From the NCBI RefSeq assembly GCF_009914755.1, contig NC_060934.1: a stretch of 64,000 nt of DNA; one strand, written 5' to 3'. The DNA is from the human T2T-CHM13v2.0 reference genome, Homo sapiens. Shown in pieces: positions 45,815-60,326 of this stretch. The position numbers were made by a program, and so were the translations under genes. The notes beneath the pieces are model-generated. The model ran no database searches. It saw nothing but the letters and a program-made list of their open reading frames with translations, and had not been told where the DNA came from. Within the stretch, counting starts at the first letter, position 1. The number at the start of each line of letters is the position of its first letter.

Positions 45815-47766
45815 GTACAAAGCTACAATAATCAAAACACTATGTTACTGGCGTTAAAACAGACACAAAGAACAGAATAATGGGCTCAAAAATAAACCCA
45901 TGCATATATTATCAACTAATCTCCCACAAGCGTGTCAAGAATACGCAATTGGGAAAGGATTCTGTGTTGAATAAACAGCGTTGGAAAAACTGAACATCCA
46001 CATGCAAAAGAATGAAATTAAACACTTTTCTTACATCATACAGAAAAATAAACTGAAAATGGATTAAAGACTTAAATGATTTGAAATAATGAAACTCGTA
46101 GAAGAAAATATAGAAAAAAAAAGTTTTTTAACATTGGCCATGGCAATTATTTCTTGGATATAACATCAAAGCTACAGGCAAAATACCCAAAAGTAGACAA
46201 CTGGAATTACATCAAAACTAAAAAGCTTATGAATGGCAAAAGAAACAATAAAAAGAGTGAAAAGGTAATATACAGAATGGGAGAAAATATTTGTAAACCA
46301 TAGATCTGATAAAGAGTCCATAACCACAATATTTAAGGATCTCCTACAGCTCAATAGCAAAACAAACAAAAACAACAAAAAATCATGTAACCCAATTGAA
46401 GAGTGAATAATAAAATCCCTAAATATACATTTCTCCAAGGAATATATAGAAATGGCCAACAGGTACAGGAAAAGGTGTTCAGTACCACTAATCATCATAG
46501 AATGTAAATCTATAACTAGATATCACCTCACACTTGTTAGGATAGTTATTATCATAAAAACAAAAAATAACAAATGTTGGTGAGAATGTAGAAATACCAC
46601 TGCTGAAAAGGTAAACTGGTGCAGCTGCTATGGAAAACAGTATAGAGGTTTCCCAAAAAAATTAAAAATAGATCTACCATTTGTGCTAGCAATTTCATTT
46701 CTGGTTATATATCTAAAGTAATTAAAATCAGGATCTTAAATAAATATATGGATTACCATGTCATTGCATCACTATTCTCCATAGCCAAGACATGGAAGCA
46801 ATCAAAATGCTCACTGATGGCTGAATTTATAAATCAAATGTTATATATATACCATTAACTAAGCAGGAGGCCATTGGCCTCAGGCTATCTCATTACTTTG
46901 AGTTCCTATATAACCAACAGCAACCTAACTTACGAAGTAAACAATCGAAAATATAATTAGGACTATAACAAACACTTGAGTTTCAGCCAATTGCAGACAG
47001 CCAACCGATCAGACCATGCCCCAAAACCCAATGTCTAAATGTAGACAAACAGGTGATTTCTCCACATTTCTTCCATGTTCAGCCTATAAAAGCTTTTTGC
47101 TCATGCAGCTGGGTGGAACTCTCTGAAACTCCTCTGGTTCTTAGTGCTGCATGGTTCGTGAATTATTCTTTGCTCTAAGAAACTGTATTAAGTTTAATCT
47201 GTCTGTTTTTTTTAAATAATACATACAATGAAATTTTACTCCACATTTAAAAAGATGGAAATTCTTCCATTTGTCACAAGATGGATGAACCTAGAGGACA
47301 TTATGCTAAGTGATATAAGCCAGACACAGAAGGACAAATACTATATGATACAACTTATACAAATATTTTAAAATAGTCACACTCATAGAAGCAGAGAGGG
47401 GAATGGTGTTTGCCATAGGCTGGAGTGAGAGGGAAATGGAGAGGTATTAGTCAAAGGGTATAATGTTTCAATTACACAAAAGGAATACATTTTATTGATC
47501 TACTGCCTATTGTCTATAGTAAACCATATTGTATTGTATACTTAAACAATTGCCAAAAGTGTAGGTCTTTTGCTAGATGATATTAATACAAACAAAATAA
47601 TAATGATTAAGGAGGACAGGAGAGGGAATGCATACGTTTATGATATAGATTCTGGTAATGGTTTTATAGGTATACAATTATCTTCAAATTCATCAAGTTG
47701 TATATATTAAATATGTATGGATTTTTATAGGTAAATAATATCCAACAAAGTAATTTTTAAAGAAAA
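45815..47766 (+). mobile_element. L1MA10/L1MB-like ORF2 end and 3'UTR, interrupted by an LTR
   Basis: tacaaagctac.ataatcaaaaca, atggatgaacctagaggacattatgctaagtga, ttcatcaagttgtatatattaaatatgta. Confidence 0.88.
46850..47218 (+). mobile_element. MER57/MER93-family ERV1 LTR
   Basis: ggaggccatt.gcct.agg, tttcagccaat, cagcctataaaagc, ggaactctctgaa; L1 resumes at ~47220. Confidence 0.65.
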
Positions 47767-47838
47767 TATATTACTATGATCCATTAGATTATTTGATGAA
47801 ATAAGTAATTAAAAGTGAAGTAAATTAAGAAAAGTACT
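47760..47838 (+). repeat. 79-bp donor copy duplicated at 50540-50618
   Basis: aagaaaatatattactatgatccattagattatttgatgaaataagt..aagtgaagtaaattaagaaaagtact; 2 mismatches. Confidence 0.95.
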
Positions 47839-47959
47839 GCTTCAAGTTCCATACTTATATTGAAATCTGTATTAAATTAACAAAGATACTGCCTAAAGTT
47901 TTATATTTACTTTTTACAGAACTTTTAGAAAATGAAGAATTAAAAACATTTATAATGTA

Positions 47960-48690
47960 AAGACTAGCTAAAAAAATCTATGGCAAACATTATTTTCAAT
48001 GGGAAAAAGTTTTAAACATAGTTTAAAGAGAAAGAACAAGACAAGGACTTCCATTATCTATGCCTTTGCTCAATATGTTATGTAAAATATGTTAAAAACA
48101 ATAAGAAAAAGGAAAAAAGTTAACCATTTGGAAAGGAGGATATAATTCTATGGTCATTTCCAGAAAACATAGAGACCTATATAAAGTCCAAGCGACCAAA
48201 AACCTTTTAAAACTATTAGAAAATTGTAACAACATTGCAGAATACAAAATCAATAAGTCAGGGACATTTTGCCACAACATTAAGAATGATTTATATAATG
48301 TAATAAAAAAGACTTGCAATTTACAACAGCAACAAAAACTATAAAATACCTAGGAATCAACTTAATCAAATATTTAAGTATATTTATAAAGAAAGTTTTT
48401 AAATGCTATAAATGTGTGAAAAAATAACCTCCATAAATAGAAAAATATGGCAAATTAAAATAGTGGAAGTTTTAAGAATACAAAGATCATGTTTTTCCTC
48501 AATGGTATGTTAATGAAATTACAGCAAAGTTTTTTTTCTATGAGGAGGATATATTCAAAAATTTATAGAAATAATAGTTTGGTTGGGTCTTTTTGGTGGG
48601 TGTTGGGGGAGAGCAAGGGCATTATAAGAAGAAAGGGAAAATCAGATCCACCCTAACAAATAGTAGGTATTAATAACAACCAGTAGGTAT
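47960..48690 (+). mobile_element. Highly decayed L1M ORF2 fragment
   Basis: gcaaacattatt.tcaatggg, gaacaagacaagga, tgcagaatacaaaatcaata, ataaaatacctaggaat.aactta. Confidence 0.65.
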
Positions 48691-48703
48691 GAATAAGTCT
48701 CAG

Positions 48704-49101
48704 TGTCTTAGTCTATTTTCTGCTGCTATAACAGAGTACTACAGAGTGGGTAATTAATAAACAATAGAAGTTTATTTGGCTCATGGTTTTAAGACTGGAA
48801 AATCCAAGATTGTGGGACCAGTTCTTGTGAGTACCTTCTCCCAGTGTTATAATATGGCAGAAGGCACCACACGGAGGGGAGAGAGAGGTAGGGAGAGAGA
48901 GAGAAAATTGTGCTGAACTCATCCTTTTCATCAGGAACCTACTCCCTGATAACTAACCAACTTTCTCACTAACGGCATTAATCTATTTATGAAGGCAGAA
49001 CCCTCATCACCTAATCACCTCTTAAAAGTCTCACCTTCCAACAGTTACAATGGCAATTCAATTTCACCTCGAGTTTTGCAGGGGACGTTCAAACCACAGT
49101 A
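48704..49101 (-). mobile_element. MSTD-like solo LTR
   Basis: tgtcttagtc..tgctgctataacaga; gaactcatccttt..tcaggaacc.actcc; ggcattaatc..acctaatcacctcttaaa; TSD ctcag/atcag. Confidence 0.85.
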
Positions 49102-49610
49102 ATCAGTAATTAAAATTTGAGACCAGACACTTGGAAATTAAATAAAACAGTTAATTCTTTTATTCTATTGGCAGCTACACATAACCTACATGTAACACTT
49201 CTATATCGTGATGTGGAGAAGTATTCCTTTATTACGTATGGATAGTCAGCTCTCTCAATAATCCAGTGAACTACTCAGTGTTTTCAGTAAACTCCTTTAC
49301 TGCTGAAGTCAGCCTGACTCAGCTTGCATTCTATCTTTGCTAAATGTTGTAAAGGCTTCCACCTTTCACTTTTCAACAGCTTTTGTGCCGTTAATAGTTA
49401 TCAAAAAAAAAAGATTTATCCACAAGATCTTCAGCATCATAAGCCTATATATAAAATGAGGTTTCAGAAACCTACAACCCTTCATCATGATCCTTTCCAA
49501 CCAAAGGTTTCAACTGTTGTGTAGAGTCCCCAAAGCACACCTTGTATAAGCTCAGTATTTCATTAGTATACAATATCTCTTGCTTTTGCTTTTCCCTCCA
49601 GTCTTACCTC

Positions 49611-50017
49611 TGTCTTAATCCATTTTGCATTGCTATAAAATATCCAAGGCTTGGGTAATTTATAAAGAAAGAAGGCTTATTTGACTCACAATTCTAGTGC
49701 CTAAAAAGATTGGGCCTCTGAATCTGGTGACGACCTCAGCCTGCTTCCACTTTTGGCTGAAGGCAAAGAGAAGCTGGTTGTACAGGTTACATGGTGAAAG
49801 AGGAAGCAGGTTGGGGTGGGGAAGGTGCCAGAATTTTTTTCAACAATCAGCTCTTGCAGGAACCAATAAAGTGAGAATGCATTCACACTAGGGCATTAAT
49901 CTGTGCGTGAGGGATTGACTTTCATGATCCAAATACCTCTTATTATGCCTGAACTCCAACCTTGCAGATCAAATTTCGACATGAAGTTTAGAGGGGATAA
50001 ATATCCAAACCATAGAA
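49611..50017 (-). mobile_element. MSTB1/MSTB2-like solo LTR
   Basis: tgtctta.tccattttgcattgctataaa..atatccaaaccatag; perfect 5-bp TSD ACCTC. Confidence 0.87.
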
Positions 50018-50635
50018 ACCTCCTTCTTGTAAAATTCTTATAGGCAGCACTGTTTCAAAGAATTTTGCTACAACTGATATTGCTGATAGGGTTCTAGGTT
50101 TGGGTACCCAAATTCATGTCATTGATGTTGGTGTTGATGTTGCCTGCTGATATCCCCAATGCCTATAGTTGTCCCTGAAGAGGCCAGAACTATGGTGAGA
50201 TGGCCTTGTCCCTAAGTCTGTGCCCTGCTTTGTCAGCTGGTCACTGAATCAATGTTGCTTGTATTTGAATTCTATGAGGTCTTTCAAGTAATGGGCTCTT
50301 CAGTTTCTGATTTAACCTTTTTCTCTGGGTTCAGTACCAATTCAATGAGCCAAGTAAAGCAGATTTAGACTGCCCCATAGCAACTGCATTCCATATTTTT
50401 CAGATGTACATGGAAACAAGAACAATCCTTCCTACTTTTCAACCCTCTCCTCAATAAAAAAAAACACAACATTTTCTATTTATCACAAATAAATTTAGAT
50501 GTCTTATTTTGGGCTCCCCCAGAACACCCTAATACCCTTAAGAAAATATATTACTATGATCCATTAGATTATTTGATGAAATAAGTGATTATAAGTGAAG
50601 TAAATTAAGAAAAGTACTTAATACTTTTCTTAATT

Positions 50636-51259
50636 AAAGAAAGTAATCTTTCTTTACTTTTAAAGAAAGTAATCTTTCTTTACTTTTAAAGAAAGTAATC
50701 TTTCTTTACTTTTAAAGAAAGTAATCTTTCTTTACTTTTAAAGAAAGTAATCTTTCTTTACTTTTAAAGAAAGTAATCTTTCTTTACTTTTAAAGAAAGT
50801 AATCTTTCTTTACTTTTAAAGAAAGTAATCTTTCTTTACTTTTAAAGAAAGTAATCTTTCTTTACTTTTAAAGAAAGTAATCTTTCTTTACTTTTAAAGA
50901 AAGTAATCTTTCTTTACTTTTAAAGAAAGTAATCTTTCTTTACTTTTAAAGAAAGTAATCTTTCTTTACTTTTAAAGAAAGTAATCTTTCTTTACTTTTA
51001 AAGAAAGTAATCTTTCTTTACTTTTAAAGAAAGTAATCTTTCTTTACTTTTAAAGAAAGTAATCTTTCTTTACTTTTAAAGAAAGTAATCTTTCTTTACT
51101 TTTAAAGAAAGTAATCTTTCTTTACTTTTAAAGAAAGTAATCTTTCTTTACTTTTAAAGAAAGTAATCTTTCTTTACTTTTAAAGAAAGTAATCTTTCTT
51201 TACTTTTAAAGAAAGTAATCTTTCTTTACTTTTAAAGAAAGTAATCTTTCTTTACTTTT
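50636..51259. repeat. Minisatellite/VNTR: 24 perfect copies of 26-bp AAAGAAAGTAATCTTTCTTTACTTTT
   Basis: Period 26 (starts 50636, 50662, 50688...); 624 bp = 24 units; no variant unit seen. Confidence 0.98.
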
Positions 51260-51450
51260 AATTAAGTAATTTCTTAATTAAAGAAATTAATTAAAGGCTT
51301 CACTTTTGGTCAGTTGACTGGGTGGCTGGGTTCACTTTACTCATGATGTTCCTAGGAGATCTTTCAACTATCTAACAATGTAAATGCTCATGGCAAGGTC
51401 TTGGTGGCAGTCGTTGTCTACCTGCACGCAACCACTTACTTATAAAGCTG

Positions 51451-51871
51451 TGATAGGGCATAGGTATTTGTCCCCTGGAAATATCATGTTGAAATGTAAT
51501 CTCCAGTGTTGGAAGTGGGGCCCAGTGGGAAGTGTTTGGATCATTGCGGGTGGATCCCTAATGAATGGCTTAGCAACATCCCCTTATTGATGAGTGAGTT
51601 TTTTGCTCTGAGTTGATGTGAAACTGGCTCTTTAAAAGTGTGTAGCATCTCCCCGCTGTCTCTCTTGCTCCTGCTCTCGCCATGTGATATGCTGGCTCCC
51701 CCTTCTCCTTCAGCGGTGATTGGAAGCTTCCTGAGGCCTTCACCAGAAACAGATACCAGCACCACACTTCCTGTATAGCCTGCAGGACCATAAGCCTATT
51801 AAACTTCTTTTCATTGTAAATTACCCAGTCTCAGGAATTCCTTTAGAGCAATACAGAAATGGACTAACACA
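51451..51871 (+). mobile_element. MSTB solo LTR
   Basis: TGATA..tcatgttgaaatgtaat..ggatccct.atgaatggctt..gaagcttcctgaggcc..ggactaacaCA; perfect TSD AGCTG. Confidence 0.92.
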
Positions 51872-52417
51872 AGCTGTACAATGAAATCAGGCGGGTATAA
51901 GCACTGATTTATTTTGAGATTTAGGAAATACTTTGAGGCTTATATTCATAAAAGATTATCGGTGAAAGTAGTATTTACCAACTAAAAACTATCAGAGCTA
52001 TAAAGTGTTCAGTTATGAGCCAACTTAATTTTATAAATAATTTCCTTTTGGGATCACAAATGCACTAGGTAAAAAAGAGTAAAAATAAAAAAATCAAGTG
52101 TGCTAATTGTGAAATTAAACATAAATAATTCAGCTGCCTATGACTGCAAACTACAGGCTCGAATGAACATAAGAAAATATTCATACTGAACACAGAATTC
52201 TCACAAAGTTTCTTACAAAATTTTCCTGGGCAGATCAGAAGCAGAGTAAACAAAAGACAAGAAAGAAAAAGACAAAGCAAGGGAGAACATGCTCAGAAAA
52301 AACAACTCTAATTCTACAACAGATTCTCTCCTTTCTTTGTACATAATTGCTGAGATACTTAATTCCTGTTTCAACTTTGGTTGATTTGATCATTTCAATT
52401 TTGATTTAATTTCTAAT

Positions 52418-54278
<1,861 letters not shown>

Positions 54279-55664
54279 CATGGGGAAAAAGTTGAAGAAA
54301 GAAAGGCCTATGAGAGAAAAGTTTTCTTAATGTGTTTAACGAGCCAGCTATGTAGAACTGTATTCATAAACCACAGATGGGCCTTCAAAGTTCCTGGTTC
54401 TTACCAAGATGGTGACTCATCATGGCTGCTAGATCATTCCCTTGATATCAGTCTCAGAGAAGCTATAAAGGGAAAAGACCAAGATGCAAGATATGGAAGA
54501 AATTGTGGGGCATCCCTCAATTGATAACAAGTTGTTTTAAATGCAGTTGTTTATAGGATGATAGATTTGGCCTGAAGCAGGAGGATGGATATCCAGCAGG
54601 TCTATACAAGGATAAGAGAGAAACAGTAAATTTGGAATTCTGCTTGTGATCCTCTCTCTCCGTTGATTTTTTTTTTAATCTTTAGGATTAAAATTGGGAC
54701 ATTGCAGAATCCCTATATGATTAGGACCTAGGAAAATAGAACAGAATCTCTTTCTAATTTTATTTTTGAATGCCACATTTAGTGCCACTTCTTAAAGACA
54801 AACTAAGCAGTATTTGTTTCTAAGAACACTTCTCCCCAGGGGTCAAAGATGAAGTTTTAACCTCTAAAAAAAATTTTGGGGATGAAAAGCAATGATGGTT
54901 AGGGTCCTCAGGCATCTGATGACCTCTGCTTGTTACCACTGAACCCCCTTTGTCTAATATGAATGACAATTGGGTCTTCCCTCAGTATGAACTGCCAGAC
55001 AGTAGTGCCACCCCTAATTAGCTCACATATCAAAGTAACAAGACATATAGCTATTTCAAAATAAATATTCATATTTATATTTAATAACATAAGTTGAAAT
55101 ATTAGAACAGACAAAATAAGATTTTAAAATTAGCCTAATAAATACCTTAAAAGAGATAAGATTAGCAGTATGAAACAATAATAAGATCTTTTAAACCAAG
55201 CAGAAATATTACATATAATAGCTGATTAAAACTCAGCCTGAAGTCTCTTAACTGGAAGGGATGAAAATCTTCTCAGAGATCTGACTGCAAAAGAGTGTCA
55301 AGAACTGGAAACATCCAAGGAAGAAAACAGAAGCTGCCGGCTGACATTCAGAGGCTGAAGGATGAGATAACAGAAATAGCTAACGAAAATGAAAATCTAT
55401 GATCCACAGAAGAAAGGAAAAACAAGCAGAGGAACAAACAGGTAGCCATAGGCAGGGAAAAAAGAAGTAATATGGACCTTAAAAAGAGGATTTAAGGTTA
55501 ATGTGTCAACTTTATATATGTCAAATTTGAGTTTTTTGTTATCCTTTTGGTAAGATTGTTTACATTTATCATCAGTCCAATGGGTTAGTTTGAGGATGAA
55601 TGAAGGTTCTTCCCAGGCTCTGCATCATGGCCTTTAGACAGTTACCCAATTATAAGAAATACCA

Positions 55665-55988
<324 letters not shown>

Positions 55989-56079
55989 CTATGTGGAAAA
56001 GTACTCTTACTAATTTGCATATATCATTCTGTCATATGAGCACATGCAACTTTATAAGTACATAGAATGTTACTGTCGA

Positions 56080-56220
56080 TAAAATTCAACAAATGATACG
56101 TGAGCAATAACTATATATCTGACACTTTGCTAGATGCTGTTAGGGAAAAGATAACACAACAGTCAATAAAATAGAGGCTCTATCATTAAAAAGATTAATA
56201 ACCTAAGGAGAGAGATGAAT
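56080..56220 (-). mobile_element. L2 fragment
   Basis: attcaacaaat..tgagca..actata..gacact.tgctagatgctg. Confidence 0.5.
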
Positions 56221-56289
56221 GATCCAAAAATACATCTAATATTATTATTGTAACTGTATATATATATATATATATATTTTTCTTAGCCA

Positions 56290-56420
56290 TATTTCCAATA
56301 GAATGTAAGCTTCATTAGAGATACTAAGTCTTATCCATTGTTATGCCCCTATTGGCCAATGCCTCACACATGGTAGATATTTAGTAGCATATTTGATAGT
56401 GGATGACCAAATGAACAATA
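56290..56420 (+). mobile_element. L2 3' end
   Basis: tagaatgtaagcttcat..tgcct.acacatggtag..atatttg. Confidence 0.55.
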
Positions 56421-56675
56421 ATAAGTAAAAAGTGCTATGAATATGCAGAGGGAGAGAGATTTCTGATAGAATTAGTGAAAACCTTTTGACAGAGGAAATG
56501 AGGTTTATGCTAGAAATTGGAACACAATCAAGAAATTGTCCATAGTAAAAGAGAAAGGAAAGCAAACTGCTTAAAATTTGCCAAGACAAAGAAGCAAGAG
56601 AAAGTAGAGAATGAGGTATGTCATGTGCCTCATATATAAACATATGATATTCATATATACACATGTATAGTAAGC

Positions 56676-57058
56676 TGTGTTAGTCCATTCTCACATTGCT
56701 AGAAAGACTTATCTGAGACTGCATAATTTATAAAGAAAAGAGGTTTCATTGGCTCACAGTTCTGCACGTTGTACAGGAAGCATTGCTGGGGAGGCCTCAG
56801 GAAACTTAGAATCATGGCACAACGTGAAGGGGAAGCAGCATGTCCTATATGACTAGAGCAGGAGGAACAGAGTGAAGGGGGAGGTGCTTCACACTTTTAA
56901 GCAACCAGATCTTGTGAAAACTCATTCACTATCACAAGAACAACAAGGGGAAACCTGACCCCCCTGGTCTAATCACTTCCCATCATGACCATCCTCCAAC
57001 ACTGGGGATTACAATTCAACATGAGATTTGGGTAGGGACTCAAATCCAAACCATACCA
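56676..57058 (-). mobile_element. MSTA solo LTR
   Basis: tgtgttagtccattctcacattgcta..gaggcctcaggaaactta..ggggattacaattcaacatgagatttggg..ccaaaccata. Confidence 0.9.
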
Positions 57059-57060
57059 TA

Positions 57061-57391
57061 CAGTCATGCACTGCTTAATGATGGGGATCTGTTCTAAGAA
57101 ATGCATCATTATGTGATTTCATCATTGTGTGAACATCATAGAAATACTCACACAAACCTAGATGGCATAGTCTACTATAGAAGTAGGCTGTGTGGTATAG
57201 CCTATTGCTTCTGGGCTACAAATCTGTATAGCATGTTACTGTATTGAATACAGTAGGTAATCACACCACAGTGGTTTTTGTGCATCTAAACATGGAGAAG
57301 GTACAGTAAAAATATGAGATTAGAATCTTATGTGACCACCATCACATCTGGTCCATCCTTAACAAAAACATCATTATGTAGCACATGACTG
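57061..57391 (+). mobile_element. Tigger3a (Golem/MER7A-like) MITE
   Basis: TA|CAGTCATG...CATGACTG|TA inverted termini with TA TSD; cacaaacctagatgg, ggtatagcctattgct. Confidence 0.9.
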
Positions 57392-58789
57392 TATATATTA
57401 ACAAAATATTTTCTGCCAAAGAAACCCATATTTCAAGAGGCTAATTTTATTTTAATTTGGAAATGCTTATTATGTTTCAATTTCCCTTCAGCTTTGACTC
57501 TCTCCCAGCTTTTGATCTCATGCAGGTAGGTTCAAGGGTTACCTAAAGTGATAAATGTGCATCCTCACATAATGAGCTGCCAACTTGCTTCATCAACAAA
57601 AATCTGGTATCATTGTGCTGGTGGTGTTTTTGAGCAAGGATTGTGATGCTTTTCTTCATATACTTAAACATGAACTATAATGTCATGAGTTTCTTAATTT
57701 AATGGTGAGGAATCACAGCAAATTAAAGACAATAATTTACCAGCATGAGGCCTGCTATTTACCTTTTGTGAAAGGGATTTATTTCTTGAATACATGCAGA
57801 ATTATTACTTCTGGAATGCAAATTTAGAGACATATCTTATACAGAATGAAATTTCACCTAATGAAGTTAGCAGTGGGAATTGGAATTATCAAGTATTTAC
57901 ATTTTTTTGTACAAATTAGAATTACATTATACTAGTGATGCTAATGGGATTTAAACATATTTATTCTCAACACGATCTTAAATCTCTACACGATTAGTGT
58001 ATTTAATCAACAGAATTTGCAGTTTTACTTGAATATATTTAATTCATTCTTTATGATTATTATAATTTGGTACAAATATAGTGAAAGAAAGGAAAACAGG
58101 CATATTTCTAAAACCAAACTGCCTCATTTATTTCCTTGGCTCTCATAAATTCCCCCTCTATTTCCTTAAAAGAACATTGATATGTTATTGCAAATATTGG
58201 TGGGCCCTTCCATCTAAGGACAAATTTTGCATTTGATTACGTTGGAATGAATGAGATCTTGCACAGACTCTGTGGCTAAATGGGAAGAATGAATGAAAGT
58301 AATAGAGTATGGTGCAAACATTAATGAATTTTCCCATTCTCACACCTTTAATTTCTTTTCCTGGAACATCATTAAAAGATAGCTTCTGTTTATGCATAAT
58401 GTAATTTTAGTTATAAGACAGAAAAAAGGCTAATGTAGGAGTCAGAGAATCATGGACTAGTTTCTCTTTGATTCTTGACGAACAATAAAAGGATTTAATG
58501 GACTTTTCCAGTATGTTATTTCAATCTTGTGGTCACACAGATGATGAAAAAGAAGGCTAGATAAAAAAATTTCATAGGCTAAATTTAAAGTAATTAAGTT
58601 ATTTAAAGGTTTAAAAACATTTTGAAAACTGTTCTTGACAATATGTTTATTTGATAATGTGTCATAAGAACTTACTGATTAAATAGACCTTGCTCTATGA
58701 ATATAAATATGTCTCGCTAGTAATATAATACTTTTAAAAAATAAAGTTGAGTGTTTATTAATAATATGATGTGGGCATCATACTTATTA

Positions 58790-58995
58790 TTAATATAGAT
58801 AGTGATATAGATGCGAGGTGTGGATATATTTAATCAATTAAACAACACAAGGGAGACACTCGTATTACTCCTATTTATATAGTTGATAAAATTGAAACTC
58901 AGAGAGTTGAAGAGACTTGCCAGAAGTTATATAATAGGTAGATGAAAGAGGAATGGTATTATTCAAGGTATTTTCACCTTAAAAGTTCATTTTCT
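58790..58995 (-). mobile_element. MIR
   Basis: cctatttatatagttga.aaaattgaaactcagagag.tgaag.gacttgcc. Confidence 0.55.
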
Positions 58996-60326
58996 TGGTA
59001 TATATGAAGTATCAATTCCTAACCTTTAATTTCTTCAATTTCTTTAATAAGTTAAGAATTAAGGTTATTTTTGGTTAAGAAGTGTCTACTAATTTTAGAG
59101 ATGTTTCCTAAAATAAGCATAAAATTTAGAGAGTGGGTTATGCCAGAAATATTTCACTCCATTTTATGGTAGAAATTAATGGTATTTCTCAAAAGGTTAT
59201 AATTGTAACATAATTATAATATTTGAAGAACATGTTTTGGCAAATGAACACAAAAAAGAGCATTCCAAGTATTCAAATATCTACATATGAAGTATGAGAC
59301 TATGATTAGGGAATGCAGAGTCTTTTAATAAGCCTGATTCATTGTTGTGGGATATGGGAACAGAGAGGATTAACGCTAAGCATGGGAGCAGAGGCTGGTT
59401 TATTTTGGAGGGAAGTATAGACAAATCTTGTAGGTACAAGAATTCTGGAATTTAGACTAAGACCAGTTAAAAGCCATTGGAGACTTTAAGCAGGGTACAG
59501 CTAGTATAAGTTTCGCACTGAAAATCAAATTTCAAGTAATTTAGTGGCACTGCTTAATAGAAAATATTCAAGAAAATCGTCTGATAAATACTATCTACAT
59601 TATTTAATTCATAGGTATAGATTATAGTCCAGAAGGAGATGAACATAGAAGTGAACTGGCAGGATGTGAGAAGAAAGAGTAACAGTGCCTGCTATATAAA
59701 TCTTAATTTTTCATTTTAAAATCATATTTTTCAAAAGAAGGAATAAATTGTATTATTTTTATTATTATCACTATTTTGACATATTGATTTAAAGGTGAAA
59801 GACGTTAATATTCATAAAGGCAATCTGAGTAGCTTAAAAAAACAAACCGACGTAAAAGTCACAATTGTGGTTATCTTTGAAACGTTGGTAATGATTTCAG
59901 AGGTTGAAAAGGGCTTCTGAGTTGCTGGTAATGGTGTTTCTTTATCTTTATGATGGCTGTCATATGTGAAATATGTCGAAAAGATCAAGCATGCAAACAA
60001 TTAGGATCTCAGACTAGAGCGGAAATGAAAAAGAGCAAATATACATGTAAAGATAACACTGGAAAAATTTTCCAAGTTGATTAAAGATATCCAGCAATAG
60101 ATTTGAAGCACTGCATTTAATAAACAACAAAGCAGAATAAATGTAGAGAAAAGCAAATCTAAGCACATTTTAAGCAATCTTAGAGATCAATCTTAAATAG
60201 GAATAAAAAATATATTATTTTCACAGGAGAATAAAAATACTAACATCTAACTTAAAAACAGAAACAAGAGAAGGCAGAAGACAGGTGGAATCATATTTTC
60301 AAATTATTAAAATAATAATTGTCAAC

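Noticed and set aside
49140-50370. Possible MaLR internal sequence around the MSTB1 LTR
   Set aside because: Only weak cues (e.g. agtaccaattc at ~50333); family and boundaries cannot be supported by eye.
50636-51259. Palindromic 26-bp repeats resembling a CRISPR array
   Set aside because: Units are head-to-tail with no unique spacers, there are no cas genes, and the DNA is primate; it is a minisatellite.
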